Shown here: positions 36,301 through 50,214 of the stretch, piece by piece
Position numbering within the stretch: the stretch's first letter is position 1
How the letters are laid out: every line of letters begins with the position of its first letter
Source: Raillietiella orientalis
Lineage: Eukaryota
DNA: 64,000 bases
Direction: 5' to 3'
NCBI GenBank assembly: GCA_036172245.1
Contig: JAYWIR010000004.1
Location: 4,526,001 to 4,590,000, forward strand
Made by a program: the position numbers and the translations under genes
Notes under the pieces: generated by a model
Seen by the model: only the letters and a program-made list of their open reading frames with translations
Database searches by the model: none
Told to the model about the DNA's origin: nothing

Positions 36301-39300
36301 AGCCATTATATGATATGCTATTCTATTATATGAGTCTCCTCATTCTCCACCGATTGATTCGGTAGAATCTTTGCATTTTGCTGAGGTTCATCGGACCATC
36401 AGCTTCCTTCTTCTCTCCCGTTGAGTGGTTTTTCATCAAGAAACTCGAGCATTCCCCCCCTCCCCCCAATTGAGGAAGCTTGCTTTCAAAGCTACCAGAA
36501 AGGATTTCTATTTGTTTATTTACTGTAACGATGGAAACGATGTAAGCAGCCATAATGAAGAAAGGGTTCGTTCTTTGATCTCGAAACCAATCTGATATTT
36601 CAAAGCACACTTGTTTCCTTAAAAGATGTTCTAGAATAACTTGTCTTACAAGCAGTTCGAGGAACCGCTACATTCTATTAGAAAATTGAATGCGCTCGCT
36701 GATCTCGGAAGTAGTATTTTTCCCCAGAAGGTCTGGACACATCTACTCCTCAATAAATCTGCAAGCTAAATAAAATGCTATCAAGGATTCTTCTTTTCTT
36801 TAATACGTGATGGAATAAATTCTTAGGCAATAAAGAATTCATTTTAGAAAATTGCTCATTAAAATATCATGGTGGTTGTTTAGAATTTCTGGTGCAACAT
36901 TTTCTTTCTTTCTGCTACAGGCACTCATCAGGTATGAGAAGTCTATCTTGTCTCCCAAACACACATCTATGAAGCTACCTGAAATCCAATAGGTTGAAGG
37001 CTTTCTGAAATACAGTTAGGATCCACATGCTCTGGAGAGTCCCAGGCCACTTGGACGGAAAACCTTCAAAAAAAACGCATCCTGCATGGAATTCATAAAG
37101 CAATCGCATACATTAAAAATTGTAGTCTGCGGCTGCATTTCTTTATTTCATAAAAGGTGGAAATCTTTGACTTTCGCACTAGCCCAGGACAAACACCCCC
37201 GAGGAAAATGTTTTTGCCCAAGTCCAACTTCGAATGCCATCCAAGTATACTGCTTTCTGCTACGCCTCTTATCCCAATGGAAAACAGGGCTCGAATAATT
37301 GGGATTTTCTTAGTGAATACATTGTATTGTGTGATCCTGCCTTACAAAGCGCGCTACGTGATCAGAAGATTAACCAGCATGTTTCGATTTTCTATGTATG
37401 TGGGTGGGGACTCTCGAAGAGAGAAAAATGTACACCATGCATCTATGTATGTACTTATGCACAGGCATATAAACTGCAGGAGCCATTAAAAGCTATTCCT
37501 GGTCAAATTCAGTTCTCACTACAAGAAGCACAACAGCAATATCCTGTTCTTGTTGTCCTGCTAATAGCAACCAATACTATAATAATTAATAATTTTGTCC
37601 TGAGCCTCTGTCAATAGAATACTACGAAAGTTCGATGTGTAACAGTGAGTTCTTTGTTCTCTGAGGCTGGTGACCAGCATAGGTTCATACCCCGCTTCCC
37701 CCCCCCGTTGAGTTGAGTGATCCGTTGTTAAGGCTCCATGGACGTAAGTGGATCTATGATTCTACGTACTACTTGGAAGATATAAATCTCATCTAATCCT
37801 AAAGAAGACAGAGAGATAAAAAAAATCATGGAAATGGGGATACGAGGGGGAACACAGTGGATCTTCACTCTCCATCCATAGGTTGGATAAAGTTAGATGT
37901 AGTCTAGTTACGATTTCCGCAATCAAAACGTTGTGAAAATACAACACAGTGCTTGGTTGACATCCTATCCCACTGTTTCCACGAGATGTTTTGCATGCTT
38001 TTCTTGCGGTTCTGTTAGCTCCCTGTGAGCTTGTAGTTTTCGAAACAGTGCACAATGGTTAATGCATTCTCGAAGGTCTCCAAGATGATCGGAAAAACAT
38101 CTCATATTCTTCCCATCTATACAAACAGCAGTTTGCAAAGCGCAAAGACTCATACGAATTTCATTAGGAGTCCAGTTCCAAACAAGGATGACCGTTTACC
38201 GCACGTGTTTACCCTCTTGGGCAATTGAACTGGGGATTTTCCACAGATCTTTCTTAATGAAATCAGTGAAGTAAAACCATTCTCTAGAAACAGGAGGCAC
38301 AGTTCTCATTGCTGGCTACGACGCCATGTTGTTCTACGTGCTACCACTACCGAAAGGAATGATGAAATTTCGAACTACACCTTCCGGGACGGCACCTTGG
38401 CTCTCATGAAGGCTCAAGTAGGCACTTCGGTAATATCGTCTTTTGAATAAGGAAAATGATTATGGCTGGATCTCATGGATCTTTCCATAAACAGATCTCA
38501 AAATAGGAAATTCTTAATATTCCTTCATAACTTCATGCATCTCTTGTCTTTATGATCGAGGAGCGTGGGAAATTGCATGCACAACAAAACTGTGTGCATG
38601 GAGCGCAACTGAAGATGCACTCCCAGAACCATTCGCAGTTGTCTTTTTTTCGATCATCGAAAACAAAGCAAGATACTCATAAATTCCAGAGAAAAGCTTG
38701 GTATATTAGGACGAAATGGTGCCCAGTGAGGATGAAGTATTCATTAAGGACCGATTCCACTCCTCTTCTTTGGCAGCTGCGCCTAGTATTTCTTGGGCAG
38801 TCTGTAATGTGCCAAGACTCAGGGATGAAAGAGTGGCATCCAGGGAAAGCATAAAAAAACTAATAAACTCTAACTGGCCACAGCGCGCGGAATGTAGCCA
38901 CACAGTGAAGACGGACCGAAGCCACCAAGTAGGAGGTAAGAATTCTGTCCTATCAATGGTCAGAGTTTTACCACATCCAAGCTTATTTCGTTCCATTCCA
39001 TCCATAGCTCATCTGCCCATCAATGCAATTCACGAAGCGTTTGCAAAAAACTTTATCTAAGGGAAGCCACTGGCAAACGGAACACCTATAATAAATTTAC
39101 CATAAGAAACTGCCTGTCTTCGTGACCTCGGAATTGCTGGAACAAAAGCATATTCATCAATGGACTGCACCTGAAGAACAAACAGAATAGAACAACAATA
39201 GTTAAATAAATGATAATTAGAAGTTGCATAAACCGAAATTATAAGGAATACCTTCAGTCTAGAAGCAGATGAGATGAATTTATGCAAAAGAGAAAGTACA

Positions 39301-39749
39301 GACTGATTGAAACCTGCGCTGTGCCTAACTGTGAAAACGAATAAAAGGTAAAGCATTTGGCACTTCTTTGAAACGGAAATTCAAAATTATTTGTTTTCAT
39401 GGATCATCTCGGAAAGAAATTGCAGTTGTTTCAAGAGTTGCATGCATTTCTTCAGGAGGAATCACTCTGACTGCGATACATTCACACACGGCATGTACGG
39501 GTTAAAAAAAAAAAAAAATCTTCCGGAAGCAGCATGCGGAATCCGAAAATCCTCTTCATTTAATTCCTCTTCATCAGAGAACACTCACGTGTCCAATAAT
39601 TGTACTGTTTCAAAATTTGCATTTTTTGATATGTTTGTATCGCGAGGACGACCTTTAACATTCCGGGTAGATAATCTTATTTCCACTTCCCGTCCTTATG
39701 CCTAGGAGAACCATCCTAGACATAGGGAACATCAAGCAGCCCAGCACAA

Positions 39750-40500
39750 GGAGGATAAATTCTCCATGAGCTTAGCATGAAGAAAGCTAATGAATATCAG
39801 GACGACTAATCATCCATTCACATGAGGGTGAAACACGCAGGAAAATTCTCAAGAATCGAGAGAAATACGGAAAACAGCTGCAAGCTGAAGCTGGCTCGAG
39901 TTAGTAATCATCACATCCATTGCAATGTGCTGGAAACCAACGCCTGCATCCATTCTAATTGCATGCTAATGGAGAATGAAACCAAGAATTCATCCTTCTC
40001 ATCTCTTTACATTCAAGGAGATCACAGACTCCGATGAGAAAAATGCGTAAACCCAAGGACGGTTTTTGGTGGGATCGCATTCTGCTCATGTCCTCCTTTC
40101 AGGTGAAATCAGAAACCACTGAGTTTTTCAAAAACCAGAAGATCTTCGAAACATTGCGAGGACGGAAATTGCCTGCGAATCACACGAACAAGGGTCGCAT
40201 GGAGAAAGATTCGGTGTTGTTTCAAGAGGGGAGGGAGTAAAATTGAATCATTGCAAAACGAGTAAGCTGAGTCTAACGCATAAAGTGAGTTGCACAGTTT
40301 CAGGGCCATCTAGACTCTCATCTTGCACTTGGTCTACTTTGCTCATGGGAGGCTACTCTGGCGAGAATGGATGAGTGTCATCTAAAAAGGAATGCAATAA
40401 TCAGGTAACGGGGATGGGTGCAGAATAGGGACATATCAAATCTTCTGGAAATTGGAAAGAGCCGCAGATAATGTCGCCTGTTTGTGTCTTCATCTTTCAG
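39750..40500 (+). pseudogene. Possible RTE-like C-terminal relic
   Basis: LARMDECHLKR...GCRIG is weakly like HVxRMxxxRxPK...GxRxRG. Confidence 0.25.
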
Positions 40501-41799
40501 AAAATCTTGGGAAGATAATTCATAATACCATATGAAGTCACGTCATCTGAAGATGGATTCAGATTAATGCTGTGAAGATGGATCCCGAGTCCTAAAACCA
40601 TGTGTTCAATTTAGAAAACTAGACATTACAGACACATGTGAGAGAAACATGAATTAATGTTTTGCGAAGCACTCCATGGAAAGAAACGCCGACCAAAATT
40701 CAAGAGCACGTTTACGGCAGAATGCACCACATCTGCTGTTTCTTGATAGAACTCTGGGAGTTGACAGGAATTCATTACCTTTGTTCCCGTGTGAAACTTC
40801 CCGTCTTTATTCTGTTCTCCAAAAGTAAGTGTTGCTCCCTGTCGGTATTTATGCTAATCTTCTTGAAGATTACCCACCAAAAAATCCAGTTGCCATTGTG
40901 CTGGCATTTTCTGCTGGCATTTTTCTAAAAGTTCGTTTCCAGGAGTTTGAGAAGATCAGGAAACCATGAATGGTTCTTTTTTGACTGTGCTCACTGCATG
41001 CATTCTCTTCATTAAAATATCATTTCGTTGATGAAGTACTTGGCAAAAAAACTAATTAAACCTCTGAAAAGTTTTGTTCCTGCTGTCTCACGTCTCCCGA
41101 AGATAATCACTGTCCTGGGGCAGCTGCCGTGGGAAGTTCCTCACATAATGAAGGTAAAAATCGAATCTTCCTGTTATGAGTACACATCGCGTAACAAGCT
41201 TGGTGTTTAATTAGCTGTTTTGCTTCACATATTTATTGCACACATTTATCAATTGTTCTTCAGTTGCCATCTGTCATTGTACTGCCCTAATGTCCACTTT
41301 ATGCACGCGAAAATAACACAGCATTTCGAATATGCTTACAGCGACATTGGCAAGCATTAGTGTCCATGCACTGAGACACTACCTGCACATTCCAAGAACA
41401 CCTTCTATGAAGTGATCACACATCCGCAGTTTGAAGAGACTTCAGTTTCATGTACTCAGCGTGCATATTAATTTCAAGATTTCTCGATCACAGAACGGAG
41501 GAAATGAATGCAGTTGGACAATTACATTGAGAACATACTCAGGCATTAGAATATGGAGGGTGGTATTGAATTCCTAGTACCTCATCTAGTCGTGCAGAAT
41601 TGACAACTGATAGCCTGCAAGCTAGATTGGACACGTGGGACTTTTGTCTTACGGTTTCAACAGCTCCGCTCTACATAGGTACTTTCTCTTTACTCTTATT
41701 TTTTTCTGTTTGAAGGTTTCAAACTGCTCGTGAACTTGTGAACAACCCCTGCAGCTGCCAGCAGCTCAAGCTTTCTTTGGTACATTTTGCATCCACATT

Positions 41800-44150
41800 T
41801 TATCACAGCTGCATATCTCCTTGGAAGCAATACGTTCGATAAGGGATAAGCAAATTTTGTGTCATTCTCTGCCCTTTCGGAAACTCGGATGACCTGAGGA
41901 GTCCGTGCTTTTTCCGTAAGACTTGTAGAATGTAATTAGTTCGAATCTTCACGTAGATTACAGCTGTTTAATAGTAAATCATTTAGGTGCGAAAAATATT
42001 CCATCATTCCAAGACTCCTTGAGCTACTTGATGAATCCTTGAGCGTAATTTCTTTGCAAATTCCATCAGAAAATTCTATTTAAAATAGAAAATCAATAGC
42101 ATCTGACGTTTACAAAAATACAGGGGTGCTTCCAAAGGTGTCTTTTCCTTCTGTTTCAACCTCATTTCACGTTCTGCTGAGTCAAAGTAATTCCATATGA
42201 AGAATGCATATTCCATTACCTCCCCATGCCTTTCTGTATTCAGAAAAATGAGTACTTGCCTTCTGCCTGTCATGATGAAAGTCCGTTGTTCAACGCAATG
42301 TATTGGATTGGAATTCTCGTAGAGGATGGAAAACTTCGGGAGGTACGAAACGAAAAATGCATTAGAATCATCTGAATGCAGTGCTATGAAAATCCTTCGT
42401 AAAGCTGAATTGTCAAGGAACCTCGTCCGTATCCTGTTCGGGACAAACTGACTTAGGTAACCGAAAAACATGCCTGGTGGACCCCATCCTTGGGACTGAT
42501 AGTTAATCATCTTTGCATGTTTACCTGGTATTTGTCGATCTGATCTGAAAGGTATTGCTGTTATTCTGTAATTAAAAGCATCTAATAAGGCAAAAAAAAT
42601 CTCCTGGAGTCCAAAGAATGTTCTCTACCTTTATCATCGAGTTTTTCACAGAATCGATATTGTGGAATAAGCTCTCCTGCATCCCAGATGGTTAGTTGCA
42701 ATTAAATTTGCATCTGCAAAGTTTTAGAATCACATTCGGACTAATGATATTTATGAAACACTGACTAAAACTTGCTAACAAATACTTCCAGTATGAGTAG
42801 CAGCAGCATTGCCTAACATTTCAGATTAAACACAAGTGAAGAAAAAATGTTAAAAAAGTCAAGTCAGATTATTGTTACAAATGATGCCTGACAAGACGTG
42901 GATGTTTCCTAGAAATAGGATTTATCCCAAACCTATCCATATTTCCATCTTCTACACATTTGCCTTCAAAGGCCTGCGATATGCTGCATGCCTTTGTTGG
43001 TCGCTTTTTTACCTGTAGTTTGATATCCTTTTTTCATGAGTAAGCTGGACCTCTCTTCCATCTCATCGGCTGTTGGTTTATTAAAAAAAGACATCTTCTT
43101 CAGTACTGAGAAAAGTGACTGTAGTTTCATGACTTTATCGGAACCATCATAAACCTTGCCATCTTTTGACTAATTGCTTTTCTCATTCGTCTTTCTCTCA
43201 TCTGAAACACTTTTTCTGTTTATTCTCTGATCCATCATTCTAAAATCAAGTCTGGTTGAGAAAGATGTACGCTATACTGAGCTTCCTACGTCTCTTCAAA
43301 CAATTCCCCCAAAGGAAACTTAATCAATACCTTGAGACAGGAACGCTATTTCCAAGAACAGATTGTTCTTAAAACACAAAGCCTCTATTATTTTTGAAAA
43401 TGCAGTTCCATTGATGGAATGGATCGGTTACTTTTACAAGCCTGTAAGAGGTATGGGGTGGTGGATGTTGAAGTGCTGCTTCGAGATTGCACTTGTGGTG
43501 ACACCTGGAACAGGAAATTTTCAACGAAGACCTGTTGGCCAGTTTGCAGGTAGCAACGTTAAAGTTCTGGAAGCTCTGCTCCCTTGAATAGCTCTAAATG
43601 AATCGAAATCACAGTCTGTTGATTGCTTCTTGTGTGTTCTTTAACCGTCACGTTGAATGCGTGATAGTTTATTCACATTTTTATGTCAGTGTCGGAGATC
43701 TAAGAACAGTCTGACATGTAGTTAACCCTCTGCCAATATTCATGGGGCTACTCTGAATCTTGCTGGAAATTTCCATATAGAAAAGGAGGATGCAACACTT
43801 TGAAAATCCGACTTAGAAACAGAAGTATTTCTAATAAAATGTTATACCATGACTTCTTGTTTTCTTTTCTGGAAACTTCACGTGCTAAAAACTTTGGACT
43901 CGGTCTCTTGTGAGAACCAACAGCTGTAATGAATGTCTTCTGACCGTAGTGATTTGTTTCTATCAGAACAGCGCCTTCTCCAGCATCGACGTACGAGCCA
44001 CGTGATGCCCAGAATAAGCTCTGCATGCAGTTGTAGTGAGTCGGTTTCGCAAAGTCCCGGAGGCCCTGAAGAACTGATGTGCATCCTTGATGCTGCAAAC
44101 TTCACAGAGTTTCAACCTGCAGCATGCAGAGCATCACGAACTTCACCCTC
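41800..44150 (-). pseudogene. Old LINE relic (EN + RT)
   Basis: EN-like GLCETD and AGEGAVLIE (43900-44100). RT-like GVHQAC (about 42470-42487) and IALHSDD (ORF 42076..42510), in the expected order. Confidence 0.45.
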
Positions 44151-45399
44151 CTAACACCTCGTCAACACCTCTAAACAAAGAACACATCTGCAGTGTGAAG
44201 CTGAATCGGCACATTCTTTATGACTAATCAGCATCGTGGTCCAGCACCTGTGCAGACCGCGATGAAAAATACTGTAAGCATACCTGGGTTCACCTTCAGT
44301 GCCATCAACCTGTGACTTCTATTACTTCTGTGTTGGACTTGTCAAGCGTCCCTTGCGATGGGTCCAGTAGCAAGACGTCCTTTGACGTCAGGAGGCATTG
44401 ATCAATTGATCACTGCCCAACGAACTCAGTAGGAAGGATGGAAACAAACAGGAATCAGAGCATCTTTCAACACTTCCGAACTCCAGGTCTCCTTTAGAAA
44501 GTTGTTCCCTGAATACCTAGTGAGAGACATGAACGTTCTTGCATTATGAAGCAAAAGGACGCCTCCGTTGATGGAACATGGAAATATCCGAAGAACTGAA
44601 GCATCGCTTCCTAGATAGGATTAAGGATCTTGAGCAATCCCGCTATTGAACAAGACGGCCATCTTGTCTCTGCAGTACCAGAAATCCTTTGCCTGCTATC
44701 ACTCTCTCCCACAGCACATCTCTGTTCTCAGTCCCTACTCGCGATGTAGAAGACCATTCCCAATCTTGTATTGGTCCACTCTCTACTGAATCCCTACGGC
44801 ACGAGCTCTATCCCTTTTTGGATCGAAGTTCTTGCGCGGAGGAATGATGCACATTCCGGAAGTCCCCCGAATTCTCCTTGTTCATATCTTATTGTAACGT
44901 TCATGTCTTCATCCTAGCTTCTATTGGCATTCACCTGTACCGACTTCTACCGACAGCAAACCTAGACCTCTACAAACCTTAGAATACATCCCAGCGCAAT
45001 CTCGCAGTCTGCATCTCCCGAACGACATCTTCAGTGCCTTATCTGTGTGTGTGTTCCGGTGCAGCAGCGCCTCGGCAATCAGAACCTTCTAAAGGTACCT
45101 TTAGTCGATCAGGGAGATAGTGAACCGCAGTGTGACGGAGACAGTTCCTCAGGCCAGAACAATCGCCTAAACCTTCATCCACCTCTGTCATGAAGAGCTT
45201 CCTTACTTTGCACCACTGTCTGAATTGGGTGACATGCTGTGAAAATTTTCAAGGTCCATTTCCACTGTATCTCGAAGATTTTCTCAGAGATTCACGAAAA
45301 TTTAAAAACTTAAACACCTAGAAGGATCGATGTGGGTAAAGCCCGTTGACCAGTATAAAAAGTTTGAAATTTGAAATCTCTGCTGGACCAAGTCATGCA

Positions 45400-46700
45400 G
45401 AGCCATAAGAAGCAAATTAGTTACCTCTCATGCTCACTGTACAGCATCGTGGGGATGCTCCATTCGCACTTTCGGCAGAATGCATCCCTGCCACAAACCA
45501 TGAATCTCAGGAGAAAAACGATCCCATCTAATTCCCTGGACCTGACTCCCATTATCGAAGGAAGAGACAAGGAATATCCTAAGAAGTGGACAAAATTCCC
45601 CTTCGGGAGCGGATTAGATCATTTGCAAGTACTAAGTGGGATTGATCCAGGAGCAAACCTGCTGAAACATAGATGTCAAACGCCTGCCTAAAGGAAAGAA
45701 CTCTGCGAGAATGGAAGTCAAGGACCATCCTGTTTCCAAGAACTTCCGGGAATCTCAGCTGCACCGACAACAGGAGATTTATCTCCACTAAAGATGGCAT
45801 CTACGGCTTTCCGCCAAATGCTTATAGCGAAGACCTTGTGAATGGCTACTCGACAACCATACCATCTGCGTCCAGCAGAAAGATTTCCTCCCGTATTACG
45901 GGAGAGGAGCTAGAAGCCGCAGGACTTCTGAACCACCCCAGCTGACTTTCTCGCGAATGTATTTGGAACAATCAGTGACACGTTGATTCAATGTACCCTG
46001 GAAGAAGTCAATGTTGGCTAAGGCTTCCTCGCGTTGTCAATAGAGAGCCACAGGGAGGAGTCTACCTCCATGCAGAGTCGCAATCAAGCTACCATACCTT
46101 TAGATTCCTCATAGAGTCAAGTACGAATGTCCTTTAAGCTCATTTCCATCTAAAGTTGCTTTGAAACAGATGCTGGTGTCAAAGAAATGAGCACCCGGCA
46201 CCTTCCTCTCCTATATCGATGATCCGGTGATCACAGCTAAAACGGAAAAGAAAATTTAAAGCCACTTTCTCATGTGGGGAGCTGTACTCTCTGCTAACCC
46301 TAAAATATGTACCACTATTCTTCACAAACGCCAAGGGATGCTCAAGAGATGGTATGCAGCATCAGCGGCAACGAGATGCCCGCGCTGAAGGCATATGAGG
46401 CATACGCCACTTGAACGACTGCTTGCATCATACCGAACTGAAGAACACACAATTTCCAGGTCCAAGCTGGCAGCGGATCATGGACAGAGGATCCTCTTCC
46501 TTTCTCTTCCGGTCACGCAGGGGCGTTCATTTCCTTGAAAATGAGCGTGCAGAAACTTGGACAACGAGTTTCCAAGGGAATGAAACTAATGTCCGCAGGG
46601 ACGATTCCACCGACACGCTGGTCGGACAAGCAGAGAGTCTGGAACGAAAGGGGAGGGGACAGTGAATAGAAAAAAGATAGAGGAAGTGGGGAGAGGAGTC
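45400..46700 (+). pseudogene. Non-LTR RT relic, R2/NeSL-like (L1 clade not excluded)
   Basis: TPIIEGRDKEYPKKW (like LIxKxGD...NWRPI). RVKYECPLS (46113-46139) is in frame with SYIDDPVI (46209-46232), with one stop between them. Confidence 0.55.
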
Positions 46701-49700
46701 ACTGGTAGAGGATATTTCCTCTTCTCTACAGTCTTTTCGAGATGTGGTTAAGCTCCTGGAATTGGCTCTCTCTGAAGCCCTCATGAAGGCAACTCCTAGG
46801 CAGGTGTCTTCCCATTGCTGTGAGTGTAGCTCCAGAGCGTTTCCGGCTGTCGTGATGGCGCGCACGCAACTTAACGTTGCGATCACAAAGTCACACGAAA
46901 GCCTATCGCGTGCAAAGCGTCGCAGAAAATCCCTTGCCGTATTCTCCGGGATCCCCTTTCTTGGGGAGAGAAAAAAAAAAAGGGATTGGACCACCATCAA
47001 GGACAAGGTCAGCAACTAGTGAATGAATATGTGGAGAGTGAACAAAAAAATGTCTCTCTATGACAAATCCCACAAAAGAACTAGAAGCATCCTGGATATG
47101 TAGCTATTTCTACTTGTGAGGATTCAGAAGAAAGCGTTGGAAACCCCGTCGATCTTCTAATCTGGGAGGGTTCATGTCTGGACACACCATCAGGAAAGCT
47201 CTCAAGAACAACTAACGATACAAGAAACCTCTGATCTCGAGGGAGACTGGCGTTCTGTAGGCTGTGAGCATGCTGGTATTTCCGAGACGGCAATCTCAGA
47301 ACATCAGCCGAGCGAACTTTGATGGAATGTGCGACGGGAGTTCGTCTCGATCGCTCGTACCATCCACTACATGATGCGTGGGATTCCCATATGATGTCTA
47401 CCTTGGTCAGTGCGAGGGTGAGTGTCCTGAGTTTCGGCTTCACCGAGCTTCTAAAAATTTCCTTACCAGTGGGGATCTCCTACACTTTGCAGACGGTTTG
47501 TAGAATTCACACGCGCCGCAGTTATGACTCTCCTATCTCTCCGAGCACCAGCCAGTAAGCAAATGAAAGATCGGCCTTGCTATCGCTGCCTGGGATCTCA
47601 AGAACGGCTACGGTCTCCCAGAGTTGGAGACTATCTCAATCGTATGCAGAGATCGGTTCCGCAAGACGATGGCGTCGTCTGATATCGATCATATCCGGCA
47701 CATCTCCTCGGCGAACCGGCTGGAACACCTTCCGGGCCCCGAGAATGGGACCGGCAAACCCATTCTCGGGGACCTGCAAAACTCCAGAGTGCATCCGGGC
47801 AAACTCGGCGCGGAAGCAGGAACTCTGATACAGAACGCAAAGCTGTAGACCCGAAGAGCGGCAGTAAACTCGTCCAGACGAGTCCTTCCGCTTCACTACG
47901 CAACGTCTCTGATGAGCATACGTACTTGGCAAGATCCCCTTGCACGCTCGTGCTCGCTGTCGTTCCGCTAAGTGGACGAGGAAAACTCGGAGGAAACTGG
48001 GAAGGTCGAGAAAGCCATGTGAATTATGGAGAATCCTTGCGTTGTTCCATTCAGTCTCTTCCGATAGATACCTAGTTGGGAGCACTGAGCTCTAATTTCT
48101 CGCAGAAAGATGATGGTCGTGACTACTCTCTCTGAAAGGTTTTCCAGCCAATTGAAAAGACTGCTTTCATCACCCGCTTGTTCAAAAGCTGGTTTTCGGG
48201 AACCAGAAAGAAATACTCAGTGCTTTTAGTTCCGGAAGAATCCATAAAGTGGCAGTTTTTTTTTTTTTGGCTTCAAGTAACAAGATTTTGCTCGAGGACT
48301 TCATCCACGATCACAGGGAGGTTTTTCTGCATGTGAGCGAGCTTGATTTTGACTCTTCTGTTGTGCTGAATGCACAAGCTTGTGTCTCGAGGCTCCACCA
48401 CTGGAATCTGGGTTTAAGAAAAAATCTTATTTCTTCTTGGAATACTTACCGAATATCCGTGAGAATGAAGGCTTTTTACCCTGAGTGAAGATACTTCGTG
48501 AAAGAAGAAATTCCGGTGCTCACCTCAGACGTTCCAATTCGGCCAGCCAGACGCAACCTGAACTTACATTATCAAGATGTGATCAAAAGAACAAATATCC
48601 TGAATTCGGGATGACCAGCAAACTTGGAACTTAGTTATGAACCCAGGGGCCCTTGTCTCTCGCACCGGCCAATTCCACATCACCACGTTGATATGAAAGC
48701 TAGGTTTGCTCACTTCAAGGATAAATTCTGAAACAGAACTCTAAGTTTCCTTGAATATGCATCAAGGAAGCTCTATCTTTCGATTTTAATCACTCACTGT
48801 ACAATACTAATCACACTCTCCACAAAAGTTAGAATATTTACAAAACTTTCACATTAGAAGTCATTTCTGTATTTTGTTTTTCAAAACCAGAGTTGAGAAT
48901 TGGTGCTCTTTGCTAGCAGTTGTTGGATGATTCCCAAAGGAATTTTTTCACACCTGTTTGCAACAATTCCCTTCTCCAATGGATCTTCGAATACCTCTTT
49001 TGCTGTTGTTCAGCTTCCACTACTGGTCTTCCACCGTCTGATTAAAACTGCTGAAGAATGCTAGGTGCATTCTGGCTAACAGAATGCTGTGCGAAGCGAT
49101 TCGCTGCCCTTCTAACAGTCCTCCTAGTATTCCTTTCTTGCCTTTACCTGCTAGATTCGTAATAGTTCCCCCAATTTTTCTGTCTCTGTCTAGCAGGAGG
49201 GTTCCAGAGAGAAACACGAGAAACTCCGAGGACCAATTAAACAGGAGAAACAAGCAGTCGTGCAGCCTAATATTTATTTTATAAGATTGTTCAGTCTCCT
49301 TGGAAATAATTGCTGGAATTTCTGTGGAGAAAAAAGGAATTTCCTGTGCTCAAGGGTAAGTCGTGTTAGGTTAGGTAAAAAAATTCAAGAAAGCACTTGC
49401 CTTCCGTCCTTCCATTCCGCTTTCGGTCCTTGGATTTCTCCTTTAGGAAAGAGGCCTGTTCAGCTCGACTTTGGGATCTGACTACTTTAGTGGACGTGGA
49501 CATCAATTAGCTGTCGAATTCCTGTGTGACTCGCACTTCGGACGGCTGTTAAGTGCCTTGTTGGCTAGCGCTCAATACACGCACACTGCTTCCAAGGGGA
49601 GTGCAGATCGAACCTGTTTTTCAGGAAGACCTCATTCCATTTCGCAACAAGAGGTGCAAACACCACAAGTACCATAATTAAAGTCTTTGGGTGCCCTAGA

Positions 49701-50214
49701 GGTCGAACTCCATCTTCAGAAAGAGCTAGATTGCGTGAACAACCAGGATCTTCAGGAAAAGTCCTGTTTCAGCCTGTTTTTTCTCTCTTTTGCTTGAGAA
49801 GCTCTCGTTAATATTTGCTTCAGCAGTCGTCACGTTGCGTGCGCGGAGAGCTAGCGAAAGAAGAGTCAGTCCATATGGAAACAATGTCTGTGCGCTGTTC
49901 AGCAGCTGCTTGGAGTCGGCTCTGAGTGCATGGAGGTACACTCCGGGTCTGCTAGCATCTCTGACGTCCACTACATCCTTCACACCCGTACTGGTCCGGA
50001 TGATCTTAGCTTCTCTTGCTATTTAGCCTCCCGCCGGCACTTCCTGAAGCCGATCCGAGACGGTAGGCATGCACGCGAGTAGGGAGAATCCAGCAGTCGT
50101 GCAGGTGGGAGCATTGCGCCAAAGGGCAGTCCTAGTAGATGCCCACCGGAGTGACTGAGCGAGGAGTGACACCCCTTAATAGAACCAGAGTCAATTCAGG
50201 AGCTCCATTACATC

